Shown: piece after piece, positions 28,783 to 37,279 of the stretch
How the letters are laid out: each line of letters begins with the position of its first letter
How positions within the stretch are numbered: position 1 is the stretch's first letter
NCBI GenBank assembly: GCA_045628945.1
Contig: JAZQQG010000046.1
Span: 9,877-73,876, forward strand
Origin: Lachnospiraceae bacterium
Lineage (GTDB): Bacteria > Bacillota > Clostridia > Lachnospirales > Lachnospiraceae
Length of the DNA stretch: 64,000 nt
Reading direction: 5' to 3'
Made by a program: the position numbers and the translations under genes
The notes under the pieces: generated by a model
Databases searched by the model: none
What the model was told of the DNA's origin: nothing
Seen by the model: only the letters and a program-made list of their open reading frames with translations

Positions 28783-30162
28783 ATGTTCCGAATTGATTTC
28801 AATACACCTATCCATGTTCATTTCATCGGTATCGGCGGTATCAGTATGAGCGGTCTGGCGGAGATTCTGCTGGACAAGGGCTTTACCGTATCGGGCTCGG
28901 ATGCCCATGCCTCCGAACTGACCGATGAATTAGAAGCCAAGGGTGCTCTTTTTAACGAGGGGCAGCGTGCTTCCAATATTACGGATGACATCGACCTTGT
29001 TGTCTATACCGCAGCCATTCGGGCCAATAACCCCGAATATGCGGAGGTCGTGAAGCGCGGACTTCCCATGCTGACCCGTGCCGAGTTGTTAGGGCAGTTA
29101 ATGCAGAACTACGCGATGCCGATTGCCGTCAGCGGTACCCACGGCAAGACGACCACCACATCGATGCTCTCCGAGATTCTCTTAGCGGAACAGGTCGACC
29201 CTACCCTGTCCATCGGCGGAATTCTGAAGTCCATCAAGGGCAACATCCGCATCGGACATTCCCAATACTTTGTTACCGAAGCCTGCGAGTATACCAACAG
29301 CTTCTTAAGCTTCTATCCCCGCATGGCTCTGATTCTGAATATCGAGGAGGATCATCTGGATTTCTTCAAGAATCTGGAGGACATCCGTGCTTCTTTCCGC
29401 AGATTCGCAGACTTATTACCGGCTGACGGTACCTTAATCATCAACCATGAGCTGGAACGCCTGCCGGAATTCCTTGAGGGCCTTGGCTGCAAGGTGGTCA
29501 CCTTCGGTTGTACGGAAGGCTCCGATTATCGCATCGGAGAAGTAACCTTCGATGAGATGGGTTGCGGACAGTTCACTCTTACCATGCCGAACGACCGTAG
29601 CATCCGTCTGGCCCTGAAGACTCCCGGTATTCACAACTGTATGAATGCCGCAGCCGCTGCTGCCACTGCGGATTTACTCGGTGTTTCCTCGGAAAATATC
29701 ATTCGTGCACTGAATGATTTTACCGGTGCCGATCGTCGTTTTGAATACAAAGGCAAAATCGGTGAGGTTACCATCGTGGATGATTACGCACATCATCCGA
29801 CGGAGATCACTTCCGCTCTGACTGCCGCACAGAAGATTCGTCACAACACGCTGTGGACGGTATTCCAGCCCCATACCTATACCCGTACCAAAGCGCTCTT
29901 CGGCGATTTCGTGGAAGCACTTTCCCTGTCGGATAAGGTTGTTATGGCACCCATCTATCCGGCCCGCGAAACCGACACCCTCGGAATGGATTCGAAGCTC
30001 ATCGCCGATGCCCTGGAAGCCAAGGGTGTAACCGCTTATTCTTTTCCGACCTTCGATGAGATTGAGAACTTCCTGCTCTTAAATTGTGTGCCCGGCGACA
30101 TGATTATCACCATGGGCGCAGGCGATGTGGTTCGCATCGGAGAAAAATTACTTGGAAAATAA
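28783..30162 (+). CDS. murC: UDP-N-acetylmuramate--L-alanine ligase
   Basis: HFIGIGGISMSGLAEILL is the Rossmann-type N-terminus, GTHGKTTTTSM is the Mur ligase P-loop, and DDYAHHPTEI is also present. Confidence 0.95.
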   Translation: MFRIDFNTPIHVHFIGIGGISMSGLAEILLDKGFTVSGSDAHASELTDELEAKGALFNEGQRASNITDDIDLVVYTAAIRANNPEYAEVVKRGLPMLTRAELLGQLMQNYAMPIAVSGTHGKTTTTSMLSEILLAEQVDPTLSIGGILKSIKGNIRIGHSQYFVTEACEYTNSFLSFYPRMALILNIEEDHLDFFKNLEDIRASFRRFADLLPADGTLIINHELERLPEFLEGLGCKVVTFGCTEGSDYRIGEVTFDEMGCGQFTLTMPNDRSIRLALKTPGIHNCMNAAAAAATADLLGVSSENIIRALNDFTGADRRFEYKGKIGEVTIVDDYAHHPTEITSALTAAQKIRHNTLWTVFQPHTYTRTKALFGDFVEALSLSDKVVMAPIYPARETDTLGMDSKLIADALEAKGVTAYSFPTFDEIENFLLLNCVPGDMIITMGAGDVVRIGEKLLGK

Positions 30163-30163
30163 G

Positions 30164-30311
30164 TTATCCACATTCTCATTTTGCAATATCCACGATGGGA
30201 ATGTGGATTTTTCATTCCGATAGCGGATGAGCAAAGTGCCGTCTTTTCGGCACTTCTGCCCCTTGTAAAAAAGGACGTGCGAAGATATCCACCTAATCCA
30301 CATTATCCACA
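30164..30311. promoter_or_regulatory. DnaA-box cluster upstream of the DnaD-domain/DnaI-like operon
   Basis: Two boxes match TTATCCACA perfectly (30164-30172 and 30303-30311). TAATCCACA (30294-30302) has one mismatch. ATATCCACC (30285-30293), ATATCCACG (30186-30194) and the inverted AAATCCACA (30202-30210) each have two mismatches. Boxes 30285-30311 are three directly abutting 9-mers. Confidence 0.7.
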
Positions 30312-30376
30312 TTGAAATGCGGACTTTTTACCGTCAAAATGTGAATTACTTTGTTGTATACAGAGGGGTTTTCGGG

Positions 30377-30385
30377 TGCTATAAT
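30377..30385 (+). promoter_or_regulatory. Extended -10 promoter element (TGcTATAAT) for the replication-loader operon
   Basis: TGCTATAAT lies 34 nt upstream of the ATG at 30419. No convincing -35 was found. Confidence 0.45.
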
Positions 30386-30418
30386 CACAAATGCCTAAAA
30401 GGGGGTATTTGTGTAATT

Positions 30419-31519
30419 ATGAGTTCTCTTCGTTTATCCAAGAATACAAAATCGACGACAACGGTGATTCATAACACCTTCATCGATGAATATATGACGG
30501 ATGCCAATGATGCGCAGCTGAAGGTCTATCTGTACCTGACGCGCGTCATCAATGCGAATCAGGCTGTCAGTGTGCCTGAAATTGCCGACCGTTTCAACCA
30601 TACCGAGCGTGATGTCATGCGTTCCCTGAAGTATTGGGAGAAGAAGGGTCTGATGGCATTGGATTATGACGACAACAAGAATCTGGTAGGCGTCGAGCTG
30701 ATTGACCCGTCTACCGTAAATCTGCTCGCTACCGGTGCGTCTGTACTTCCCGCTGCCAAGCGTGAGGTTGCTGCCGCTGCCGTATCCGATTCCACGCCGA
30801 CCTATACGGTTCCCGCTGTTCCCGCGAAGCCTTCCTATTCCGCTGAGGATCTGAAGTCCTTCCGTGAGAATCCCGAGACCGGTGAGATTCTCTTCGTTAC
30901 CGAGCAGTACCTGAAGAAACCTCTTACGGTTGCCGACGTAAAGTCCATTATGTACATGAACCGCGAGCTTCATTTCAATGCGGATCTGATTGATTACCTG
31001 ATTCAGTACTGCGTAAGCCATGACAAAAAAGAACTTCGCGACATCGTCAAGATTGCTGCGACCTGGATGGAGGCCGGCATTAAGAATACGAAGGATGCCA
31101 AGAAGTACGCTTCTGCCGCAGACGAGAACTATGGCAAGATCATGAAAGCATTGGGAAGAGATTCCTATCCCACGACCTACGAACTGGATTTCATTCGCCG
31201 TTGGACCAAAGAATACGGCTTCGGCGAGGAGATGATTGTAGAGGCCTGCAATCGTGCTTCTCTCTCCACCGGAGTTCATCGTTTTGAATACACCGACGGA
31301 ATTCTGCACAACTGGCTTACCGCCGGCGTTCGCACTCCGGATGCCATTGCAAAGGCCGAAAGTGCCTTCCGTCCCCGTAAAAATGCAAGCAACGGTTCTG
31401 CCGCCTCCGGTACTTCCGCTGCAGGTTCCGGACATAAGGGAAGCACTTCCTCTTTTACCGGATTCCATCAGAACGACTATGATTTCAGCAAATTAGAGGA
31501 AGAGATCCTCTGCAACTAA
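30419..31519 (+). CDS. DnaD-domain replication initiation / membrane attachment protein (B. subtilis DnaB/DnaD-like)
   Basis: The N-terminal winged-helix-like region (YLYLTRVINANQ...IADRFNHTERDVMRSLKYWEKKGL) is followed by C-terminal DnaD/DnaB_2-type repeats (FIRRWTKEYGFGEEMIVEACNRA...ILHNW). The start at 30419 follows an AAAAGGGGG RBS; the track start is 30317. Confidence 0.8.
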   Translation: MSSLRLSKNTKSTTTVIHNTFIDEYMTDANDAQLKVYLYLTRVINANQAVSVPEIADRFNHTERDVMRSLKYWEKKGLMALDYDDNKNLVGVELIDPSTVNLLATGASVLPAAKREVAAAAVSDSTPTYTVPAVPAKPSYSAEDLKSFRENPETGEILFVTEQYLKKPLTVADVKSIMYMNRELHFNADLIDYLIQYCVSHDKKELRDIVKIAATWMEAGIKNTKDAKKYASAADENYGKIMKALGRDSYPTTYELDFIRRWTKEYGFGEEMIVEACNRASLSTGVHRFEYTDGILHNWLTAGVRTPDAIAKAESAFRPRKNASNGSAASGTSAAGSGHKGSTSSFTGFHQNDYDFSKLEEEILCN

Positions 31520-31534
31520 CAACAGGAGATTCCC

Positions 31535-32533
31535 GTGCCCTTAACGAACACGCAATATAAATCAATCGAACAGGAATACGAGCAGCGCCGTTTACAGAAT
31601 TACCGCCTGCTCAAAACCCGTCAGGAGGAAGTCTATGCGAAGGCTCCGGAATACCGCGAGCTGGAGGAAAAGATTGCCTCTTTGTCTGTTGCCCAGAGCA
31701 AGAAATTCCTTGAAGGGGACGAGACAGCGATTACCGAACTGAAGTCAAAGATTCGCGAGTTAAAAGAACAGAAGCACCTGGCCATCATTCGTGCCGGACT
31801 TCCGGGCGATTATCTCGATCCGATCTATGATTGCCCCGATTGCAAGGATACCGGCTACATCGGTACCGCGAAGTGCCATTGTCTGAAGCAGGCCATTACG
31901 GACTTCATCTATGAGCAGTCCAACATCAAAAATCAGCTCCAGACGGAGAACTTTGCCACGCTCTCCTATGAGTTCTATCAGGGGGAAGACCTCCTTCGCT
32001 ATAAGAACGCGGTTGAGACCTGCCACAATTTTGTGAATAATTTCAATTCAGACTTTCATAATATTCTTTTATATGGTACGGTAGGTACCGGCAAGAGTTT
32101 TCTTTCCGGATGCATTGCCAAAGAATTAATCGAAAAGGGCCACACGGTGCTGTACTTCAGCGCAACCTCCCTCTTCGACTCCCTGGCGCAGACCACCTTT
32201 GATTATAATGCAAGGGAGGAACGCAGCCGACTGATGGAAGATCTGCAGGAATGTGACCTGCTCATCATCGACGATTTGGGCACCGAGTACACGAATTCCT
32301 TCACTCTGTCCCAGTTATTTAGCCTCATCAACGAGAGATTCCTGCGTAAGAAATCCCTCGTCATCTCCAGCAATCTGGGGTTGGAGGAATTAAGAGACCG
32401 TTATTCCGAGCGAATCTTCTCCCGCTTGACCGGCAAAGAGACTTCGGTATGCAAGGTGACCGGCCCGGACATTCGTCTCTACAAAAAGCGCATGTACAAT
32501 CGCAACAGCGCCAAACCCGATCCACGTGCATAA
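31535..32533 (+). CDS. DnaI/DnaC-like AAA+ helicase loader
   Basis: The N-terminal Zn-ribbon-like motif is CPDCKDTGYIGTAKCHC. Walker A is GTVGTGKSFL and Walker B is LLIIDDLGTE. It has a GTG start. Confidence 0.85.
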   Translation: MPLTNTQYKSIEQEYEQRRLQNYRLLKTRQEEVYAKAPEYRELEEKIASLSVAQSKKFLEGDETAITELKSKIRELKEQKHLAIIRAGLPGDYLDPIYDCPDCKDTGYIGTAKCHCLKQAITDFIYEQSNIKNQLQTENFATLSYEFYQGEDLLRYKNAVETCHNFVNNFNSDFHNILLYGTVGTGKSFLSGCIAKELIEKGHTVLYFSATSLFDSLAQTTFDYNAREERSRLMEDLQECDLLIIDDLGTEYTNSFTLSQLFSLINERFLRKKSLVISSNLGLEELRDRYSERIFSRLTGKETSVCKVTGPDIRLYKKRMYNRNSAKPDPRA

Positions 32534-32594
32534 TCCCTTCGCGGGAATATCATTAATTATATTATTATTTACACAATAGAAAGTGAGGACTCTT

Positions 32595-33782
32595 ATGTCT
32601 GACAAGCGCGAAGAAAAAAGAAATCTGGAAACCATCCCTGTTGGCTCCCTGGGTATTATCCCTTTAACCGGATGCCGTGAATTAGGTGAGAAGGTGGATC
32701 AGTACCTCGTATCCTGGAGAACAGAGCGAGAGAGCGAGCACAAGGACAGCCTGGCATTCCAGGGCTATCAGCGTGATTCTTTCCTGTTAAATGCCAAGGT
32801 ACCTCGTTTCGGTACCGGTGAGGCAAAGGGTGTAATCGAGGAATCCGTTCGTGGTAATGACCTCTACCTCTTAGTAGATGTAACGAATTATTCCAAGACC
32901 TATACCGTATGCGGACAGACCAATCACATGTCTCCCGATGATCATTTCCAGGATCTGAAGCGTATCATCGCAGCTGTCGGCGGTAAGGCAAGACGTATTA
33001 CCGTAATTATGCCCTTCTTATACGAGAGCAGACAGCACAAGAGAACCGCAAGAGAGTCCCTTGACTGTGCAATCGCATTGCAGGAGCTCGTAGCAATGGG
33101 TGTTGACAATATCATCACCTTCGATGCCCATGACCCTCGTGTACAGAATGCAATTCCTCTTCACGGCTTTGAGACCGTACAGCCTACCTATCAGTTCATC
33201 AAGGGCTTATGCAGAACCGTGCCTGATCTGCAGCTGGATTCCGAGCATATGATGGCTATCAGCCCCGATGAAGGTGGTATGGGCCGTGCCATCTACATGG
33301 CAAACGTGCTCGGTCTGGATATGGGTATGTTCTACAAGCGTCGTGATTACACTCGCATCGTAAACGGCCGTAACCCCATCGTGGCACATGAGTTCTTAGG
33401 TACCGATGTGGAAGGCAAGGATATGATCATTCTCGACGATATGATTTCCTCCGGTGAGAGTATGCTCGAGGTAGCTGCCGCACTGAAGGCCAGAAAGGCG
33501 CGTCGTATCTTCGTTTGTGCAACCTTTGGTCTTTTCACCAACGGTCTGGATGCTTTCGATAAGGCTTACCATGACGGCATCATCGATAAGGTTCTTACCA
33601 CGAACTTAATCTACCAGACTCCCGAGTTGCTTGAGCGTGAGTATTACATCAACTGCGATATGAGCAAGTACATTGCCTACTTAATCGATACGCTGAATCA
33701 CGATGCTTCCATCAGCGACCTGTTAAATCCCAGCGATCGTATCAACAACCTGGTAGCAAAGTACAAGGCAGAGAGACAGTAA
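32595..33782 (+). CDS. prs: Ribose-phosphate pyrophosphokinase (long form)
   Basis: TFDAHDPRVQN is present, and the PRPP-binding loop is ILDDMISSGESM. The start at 32595 follows an AGTGAGGA RBS. Confidence 0.85.
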   Translation: MSDKREEKRNLETIPVGSLGIIPLTGCRELGEKVDQYLVSWRTERESEHKDSLAFQGYQRDSFLLNAKVPRFGTGEAKGVIEESVRGNDLYLLVDVTNYSKTYTVCGQTNHMSPDDHFQDLKRIIAAVGGKARRITVIMPFLYESRQHKRTARESLDCAIALQELVAMGVDNIITFDAHDPRVQNAIPLHGFETVQPTYQFIKGLCRTVPDLQLDSEHMMAISPDEGGMGRAIYMANVLGLDMGMFYKRRDYTRIVNGRNPIVAHEFLGTDVEGKDMIILDDMISSGESMLEVAAALKARKARRIFVCATFGLFTNGLDAFDKAYHDGIIDKVLTTNLIYQTPELLEREYYINCDMSKYIAYLIDTLNHDASISDLLNPSDRINNLVAKYKAERQ

Positions 33783-33792
33783 ATAGAAACCT

Positions 33793-34779
33793 ATGAAGAC
33801 TCGTCAAATCATCAGTTCCGCTCTTCTTGTGTTAACGGCCCTGATCTGGGGTATCGCTTTTGTGGCCCAGAGTGTCGGCATGGATTATGTCGGAACCTTT
33901 ACCTTCAACGGAGTGCGCTTTGCGGTAGGCGGTCTGGTACTGCTTCCGGTCATTGCCTTTATCAATGCGCAGAAGAAGCGCAAGGCCATCGCAGAGGGTG
34001 CCTCTCCGGAATCCTTCAAGACTCCGGAAGCTCTCAAGGCACGTCGCAAAGCTCGACGCACCGTATTCCTTGGCGGAATCTGCTGCGGTATTGCCCTGGC
34101 CATTGCCGCTAACCTCCAGCAGTACGGCATTATCTATACCACTACCGGTAAGGCCGGTTTCTTAACCGCCTGCTATATCATCATCGTGCCGATTCTTGGT
34201 CTTTTTCTCCATAAAAAGACCACGTCCTTCCTCTGGATTGGCGTGGCCCTGGCTATGGTCGGTATGGTATTCTTGTGTTTCATCGGAAAAGGCAACGAAG
34301 TCCTCGAAGGCGTTCCCTGTGTGAATCTCTTCGGGTTACAGATCTCCGTGGGAGACATTACCTTATTCGCCTGTGCGATTATGTTCTCCGTGCAGATTCT
34401 GATTATCGACCACTTCTCTCCGATGGTAGACGGTGTGCAGATGTCCTGCATTCAGTTTTTTACGGTGTCGGTGCTCTCAAGTATCTGTATGTTCCTCTTC
34501 GAGAAGCCCGAACTTCACGCAATCCTGTCGGCCTATCTGCCGATTCTCTACACCGGTGTCTTATCCTCCGGCGTAGCCTACACGCTGCAGATTGTGGCCC
34601 AGAAGGACTTAAATCCCACCGTGGCCTCCCTCATCATGAGCTTAGAGTCCACCTTCAGTCTCTTAGCCGGCTGGATTATCTTAGGCCAGCGAATGACGGT
34701 CTATGAGATTGTCGGCTGTGTACTGATTTTTGTGGCAATTGTGCTAGCACAGTTGCCGGAGAAGGAAAAAAATAACTGA
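33793..34779 (+). CDS. DMT-superfamily (EamA-like) transporter
   Basis: Ten predicted TMs arranged as two EamA-type repeats. 328 aa. Confidence 0.85.
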   Translation: MKTRQIISSALLVLTALIWGIAFVAQSVGMDYVGTFTFNGVRFAVGGLVLLPVIAFINAQKKRKAIAEGASPESFKTPEALKARRKARRTVFLGGICCGIALAIAANLQQYGIIYTTTGKAGFLTACYIIIVPILGLFLHKKTTSFLWIGVALAMVGMVFLCFIGKGNEVLEGVPCVNLFGLQISVGDITLFACAIMFSVQILIIDHFSPMVDGVQMSCIQFFTVSVLSSICMFLFEKPELHAILSAYLPILYTGVLSSGVAYTLQIVAQKDLNPTVASLIMSLESTFSLLAGWIILGQRMTVYEIVGCVLIFVAIVLAQLPEKEKNN

Positions 34780-34791
34780 TTGGAACATAAA

Positions 34792-34828
34792 AGAGAGTAC
34801 AACATAAATGATTGTACCCTCTTTTTTT
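34792..34828. terminator. Bidirectional intrinsic terminator
   Basis: AGAGAGTACAA-CATAAATGA-TTGTACCCTCT followed by TTTTTT. It lies between the convergent stops at 34779 (+) and 34832 (-). Confidence 0.7.
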
Positions 34829-34831
34829 CCG

Positions 34832-35296
34832 TTATTCAGTGAAGAGATTTAAAAAGTTGTTCACAAAGTCCATTTGATGCATCATGTCTCTATTCGTAAC
34901 GAAAACCATTTGTACTGACATAACGTCCGGAAAGAAGAACACATCTACCTCATCAAATGCATAAAAATAATAATATCCATTCCGCCTTAATGGTTTGCCA
35001 AACAAACCCGTCAATTGCTTCAGTAATCCTTTTTCCTCTGGTTTAAATGTATAGCTGATGAAATATAATCCCTTACCATCGTGAAGATACTCTGTACTAA
35101 CTGTCTCGTGACCAAGTATCTTCTGATTATCCAAATCACCTTTTTTTTCAGTAACATCAAACGACTCCCCCATTTCATGTCCATGTAAAATGTCCTTTTT
35201 TTCATACAAAACATTGTTCAAAATATAAATACATAGGATAAAGCATGATAAGGATGCTATTATTTTTACTATTCTTACTATTTTTCTTTTTTCCAT
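34832..35296 (-). CDS. Hypothetical membrane-anchored protein
   Basis: 154 aa with an N-terminal TM (IIASLSCFILCIYILNNVL). I recognise no family. The gene is A+T-rich. Confidence 0.5.
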   Translation of the reverse strand: MEKRKIVRIVKIIASLSCFILCIYILNNVLYEKKDILHGHEMGESFDVTEKKGDLDNQKILGHETVSTEYLHDGKGLYFISYTFKPEEKGLLKQLTGLFGKPLRRNGYYYFYAFDEVDVFFFPDVMSVQMVFVTNRDMMHQMDFVNNFLNLFTE

Positions 35297-35333
35297 ACTA
35301 ATACCACAATTCCCTTAACAGTATCTTTATATT

Positions 35334-35363
35334 AGGTATGATTCCTGTCAAGGAATCATACCT
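35334..35363. repeat. Perfect 13-bp inverted repeat with a 4-nt loop
   Basis: AGGTATGATTCCT-GTCA-AGGAATCATACCT, in the divergent intergenic region 38-67 nt upstream of the 34832..35296 gene. Confidence 0.8.
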
Positions 35364-35446
35364 TCTGATAAACGTAGTGTATCAGCGCCGCGGAAGCGGT
35401 TTTTTGCCACTATTATCACTCAACAAAAATAGAACCCAATAATATA

Positions 35447-35474
35447 TTGTCATATCACGATATCGTGATATAAT
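35447..35474 (+). promoter_or_regulatory. Promoter with an overlapping perfect 20-bp palindromic operator for the DUF4160/DUF2442 pair
   Basis: TTGTCA (35447-35452), a 16-nt spacer, then TATAAT (35469-35474). The palindrome ATATCACGAT|ATCGTGATAT (35452-35471) fills the spacer and overlaps both hexamers. Confidence 0.65.
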
Positions 35475-35488
35475 AGAAAGGACTTATA

Positions 35489-35743
35489 ATGCCAGTCATA
35501 GCAAGATTTAATGGAATCATAATTAAAATGTACTTTTTGCAAGGAGAACATAACCCTCCGCATATTCATGCATTCTATAGTGACGATGTAGTCGCAATAG
35601 ACTATATGACCGGAGAGATTTTGGATGGATATCTACCTCCCAAAGAACTAAAACAAGTTCTCCAATGGGTAGCGCTTCATAAGAATGAGTTGCAGATTAT
35701 TTGGGAGACACAGCAATTCAAGAGACTTCCACCTTTAGATTAG
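35489..35743 (+). CDS. DUF4160-family small protein
   Basis: 84 aa. The start MPVIARFNGIIIKMYFLQGEHNPPHIHAFY is the hallmark N-terminus of DUF4160. Confidence 0.75.
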   Translation: MPVIARFNGIIIKMYFLQGEHNPPHIHAFYSDDVVAIDYMTGEILDGYLPPKELKQVLQWVALHKNELQIIWETQQFKRLPPLD

Positions 35744-35756
35744 ACAGGAGGAGACA

Positions 35757-36185
35757 ATGTTTCACAAGGTAAAGAATGTAAATGCATTACCGGATTACAG
35801 ACTAAGCGTACAATTCTGCGAAGGTGTCACCAAGCTATATGACCTGAAGCCGCTTTTCGACCGCTTTCCTGCTTTTTGTTTGTTGCAGGAACATCGGAAT
35901 GTCTTTTTCAATGTGTCCGTTGATCTTGGGGGATATGGAATCGTGTGGAACGAAGAACTGGATCTGTCCTGCGACGAATTATGGGAGAACGGAGTCACGG
36001 TTGCCACTCCTTTTGACGGACTGATGTCCTTTGCCGATGCAACCGAATTGTGGGGGCTGAATGAGAGCACCTTAAGAAAAGCCATCGCTTATGGCAAGCT
36101 CATTAACGGTGTGGATGTATGCAAATATGGGAAGCAGTGGATTATTTCTGTCGAAGCCATGAAGCGCGAATATGGTGAGGGATGA
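35757..36185 (+). CDS. DUF2442 domain fused to a C-terminal helix-turn-helix (excisionase/MerR-like)
   Basis: The N-terminus (VNALPDYRLSVQFCEGVTKLYDLKPL...DLGGYGIVWNEELDLSCDELW) is DUF2442-like. The C-terminal segment FADATELWGLNESTLRKAIAYGKL resembles an HTH. The gene begins 13 nt after the DUF4160 stop. Confidence 0.7.
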   Translation: MFHKVKNVNALPDYRLSVQFCEGVTKLYDLKPLFDRFPAFCLLQEHRNVFFNVSVDLGGYGIVWNEELDLSCDELWENGVTVATPFDGLMSFADATELWGLNESTLRKAIAYGKLINGVDVCKYGKQWIISVEAMKREYGEG

Positions 36186-36207
36186 TAGGAGAAGCACTAG
36201 AAAAGCA

Positions 36208-36236
36208 TTGATTATTATACAATTTTTGAATATAAT
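36208..36236 (+). promoter_or_regulatory. Orphan sigma-A-like promoter with no CDS behind it
   Basis: TTGATT (36208-36213), a 17-nt spacer, then TATAAT (36231-36236). About 85 nt of structured sequence and a T-tract (36316-36327) follow. Confidence 0.35.
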
Positions 36237-36341
36237 AACAGTAAAGTTGAGGACGGAACAGGCAGCCGTCACGCCCTTGTGGTCTTAAAAGAGATGCAGA
36301 TTGCCACCTGCCAACTTTTCTTTTTTTGTTAGACGCAAAAG

Positions 36342-36388
36342 AACACCACCGTTTCGATTTTAATAAATCGTTTAGGTGGTGTTTTTTA
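36342..36388. terminator. Long hairpin terminator (bidirectional)
   Basis: AACACCACC...GGTGGTGTT closes an inner CGATTT/AAATCG helix. It is followed by TTTTT on the + strand and by a U-rich run on the - strand, downstream of the TauE-family gene. Confidence 0.65.
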
Positions 36389-36458
36389 TCCACTAATTCA
36401 CTAACTTATACTATAATCGACAAATCTCGCTTTCTTTTAGTTCGGATCTCGAACACAC

Positions 36459-37235
36459 TTATCCAATCAGCCGAAATCCCATCACCACAACACCCAATAC
36501 TACCAACACGACTCCCGTCGCGCGATTCAAGGTCTTAGGCGTTGCCTTATTGGCAAACACGGCGGCGATTCGCGCCCACAGGAAGGTAAACAGGATGCAC
36601 AGTGCTAATACCAGCCAGTCCGGTGTGGTACTCATGGAAAAATGAGACAACGCCCCCGTCAATGCGGTAAAGGTCATAATAAAGACGCTGGTTCCCACTG
36701 CAGTCTTCAGCTCATACCCCAGCACGCTCGTAAGGACTAACAGCATCATCATACCGCCCCCGGCACCGACAAAGCCGCAGATAAAACCAATCATCATTCC
36801 ACACACAATGGATTGCACGATTCTTTTTTTCTGCGAAACCGCCATCATGGCTTCCTTCGTGGTCATAACCGGTTTCAAGATGAATTTAACACCCAGCAGG
36901 AAGGTCATGAAGACCGAGAAGGTTCCCATGGTCGTGGAAGGCACCCGACTGGACACATAGCTTCCCACAACGGTAAATGCCAACACGCTCCCCATCATCA
37001 CGAGGCCGTTTTTCACATCGAGATTCCTATTTCTGCCATAAGTATAAGCGGATACGGCACTGGCCAACACATCGGAGGACAGTGCGATTCCGACGGCCAG
37101 ATAGGGGTCCATATCTAAGAATGTCACCAGCATCGGCGTAATAACCGCTGCGGCGCTCATTCCGGCAAAGCCGGTTCCTAAGCCCGCTCCCATGCCGGCG
37201 AAAAAAGTAACCAGCAAAACCAATACTATACGCAT
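36459..37235 (-). CDS. Sulfite exporter TauE/SafE-family membrane protein
   Basis: Eight TMs that are rich in Gly/Ala/Val, as is typical of TauE/SafE. I chose the start at the ATG 37235 (GGAGGAGA RBS); the track start is a TTG at 37283. Confidence 0.8.
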   Translation of the reverse strand: MRIVLVLLVTFFAGMGAGLGTGFAGMSAAAVITPMLVTFLDMDPYLAVGIALSSDVLASAVSAYTYGRNRNLDVKNGLVMMGSVLAFTVVGSYVSSRVPSTTMGTFSVFMTFLLGVKFILKPVMTTKEAMMAVSQKKRIVQSIVCGMMIGFICGFVGAGGGMMMLLVLTSVLGYELKTAVGTSVFIMTFTALTGALSHFSMSTTPDWLVLALCILFTFLWARIAAVFANKATPKTLNRATGVVLVVLGVVVMGFRLIG

Positions 37236-37279
37236 GAGGTCTCCTCCTTTTCCAGCAAGTCCTCTATACACTGCATACG

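Noticed and set aside
28528-30418. Possible chromosomal replication origin (strand switch at 28.5-28.8 kb plus DnaA boxes at 30.2-30.3 kb)
   Set aside because: No dnaA, dnaN or rpmH lies nearby, and I saw no obvious A+T-rich unwinding element or DnaA-trio next to the boxes. Gene orientation returns to the minus strand from 36.4 kb onward. The site is better explained as a DnaA-regulated promoter or box cluster outside oriC.
30434-31468. A 344-aa ORF on the minus strand, fully antisense to the DnaD-domain gene
   Set aside because: The sense frame has clear DnaD/DnaB_2 motifs, a good RBS and operon context. The antisense product is low-complexity (Gly/Arg/Leu-rich) with no RBS or recognisable motif. 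It is a typical shadow ORF.
36294-36332. A 12-codon hydrophobic ORF (MQIATCQLFFFC) as a type I toxin
   Set aside because: It is too short and has no convincing Shine-Dalgarno. The sequence is largely the U-tract of a terminator read as Phe codons.
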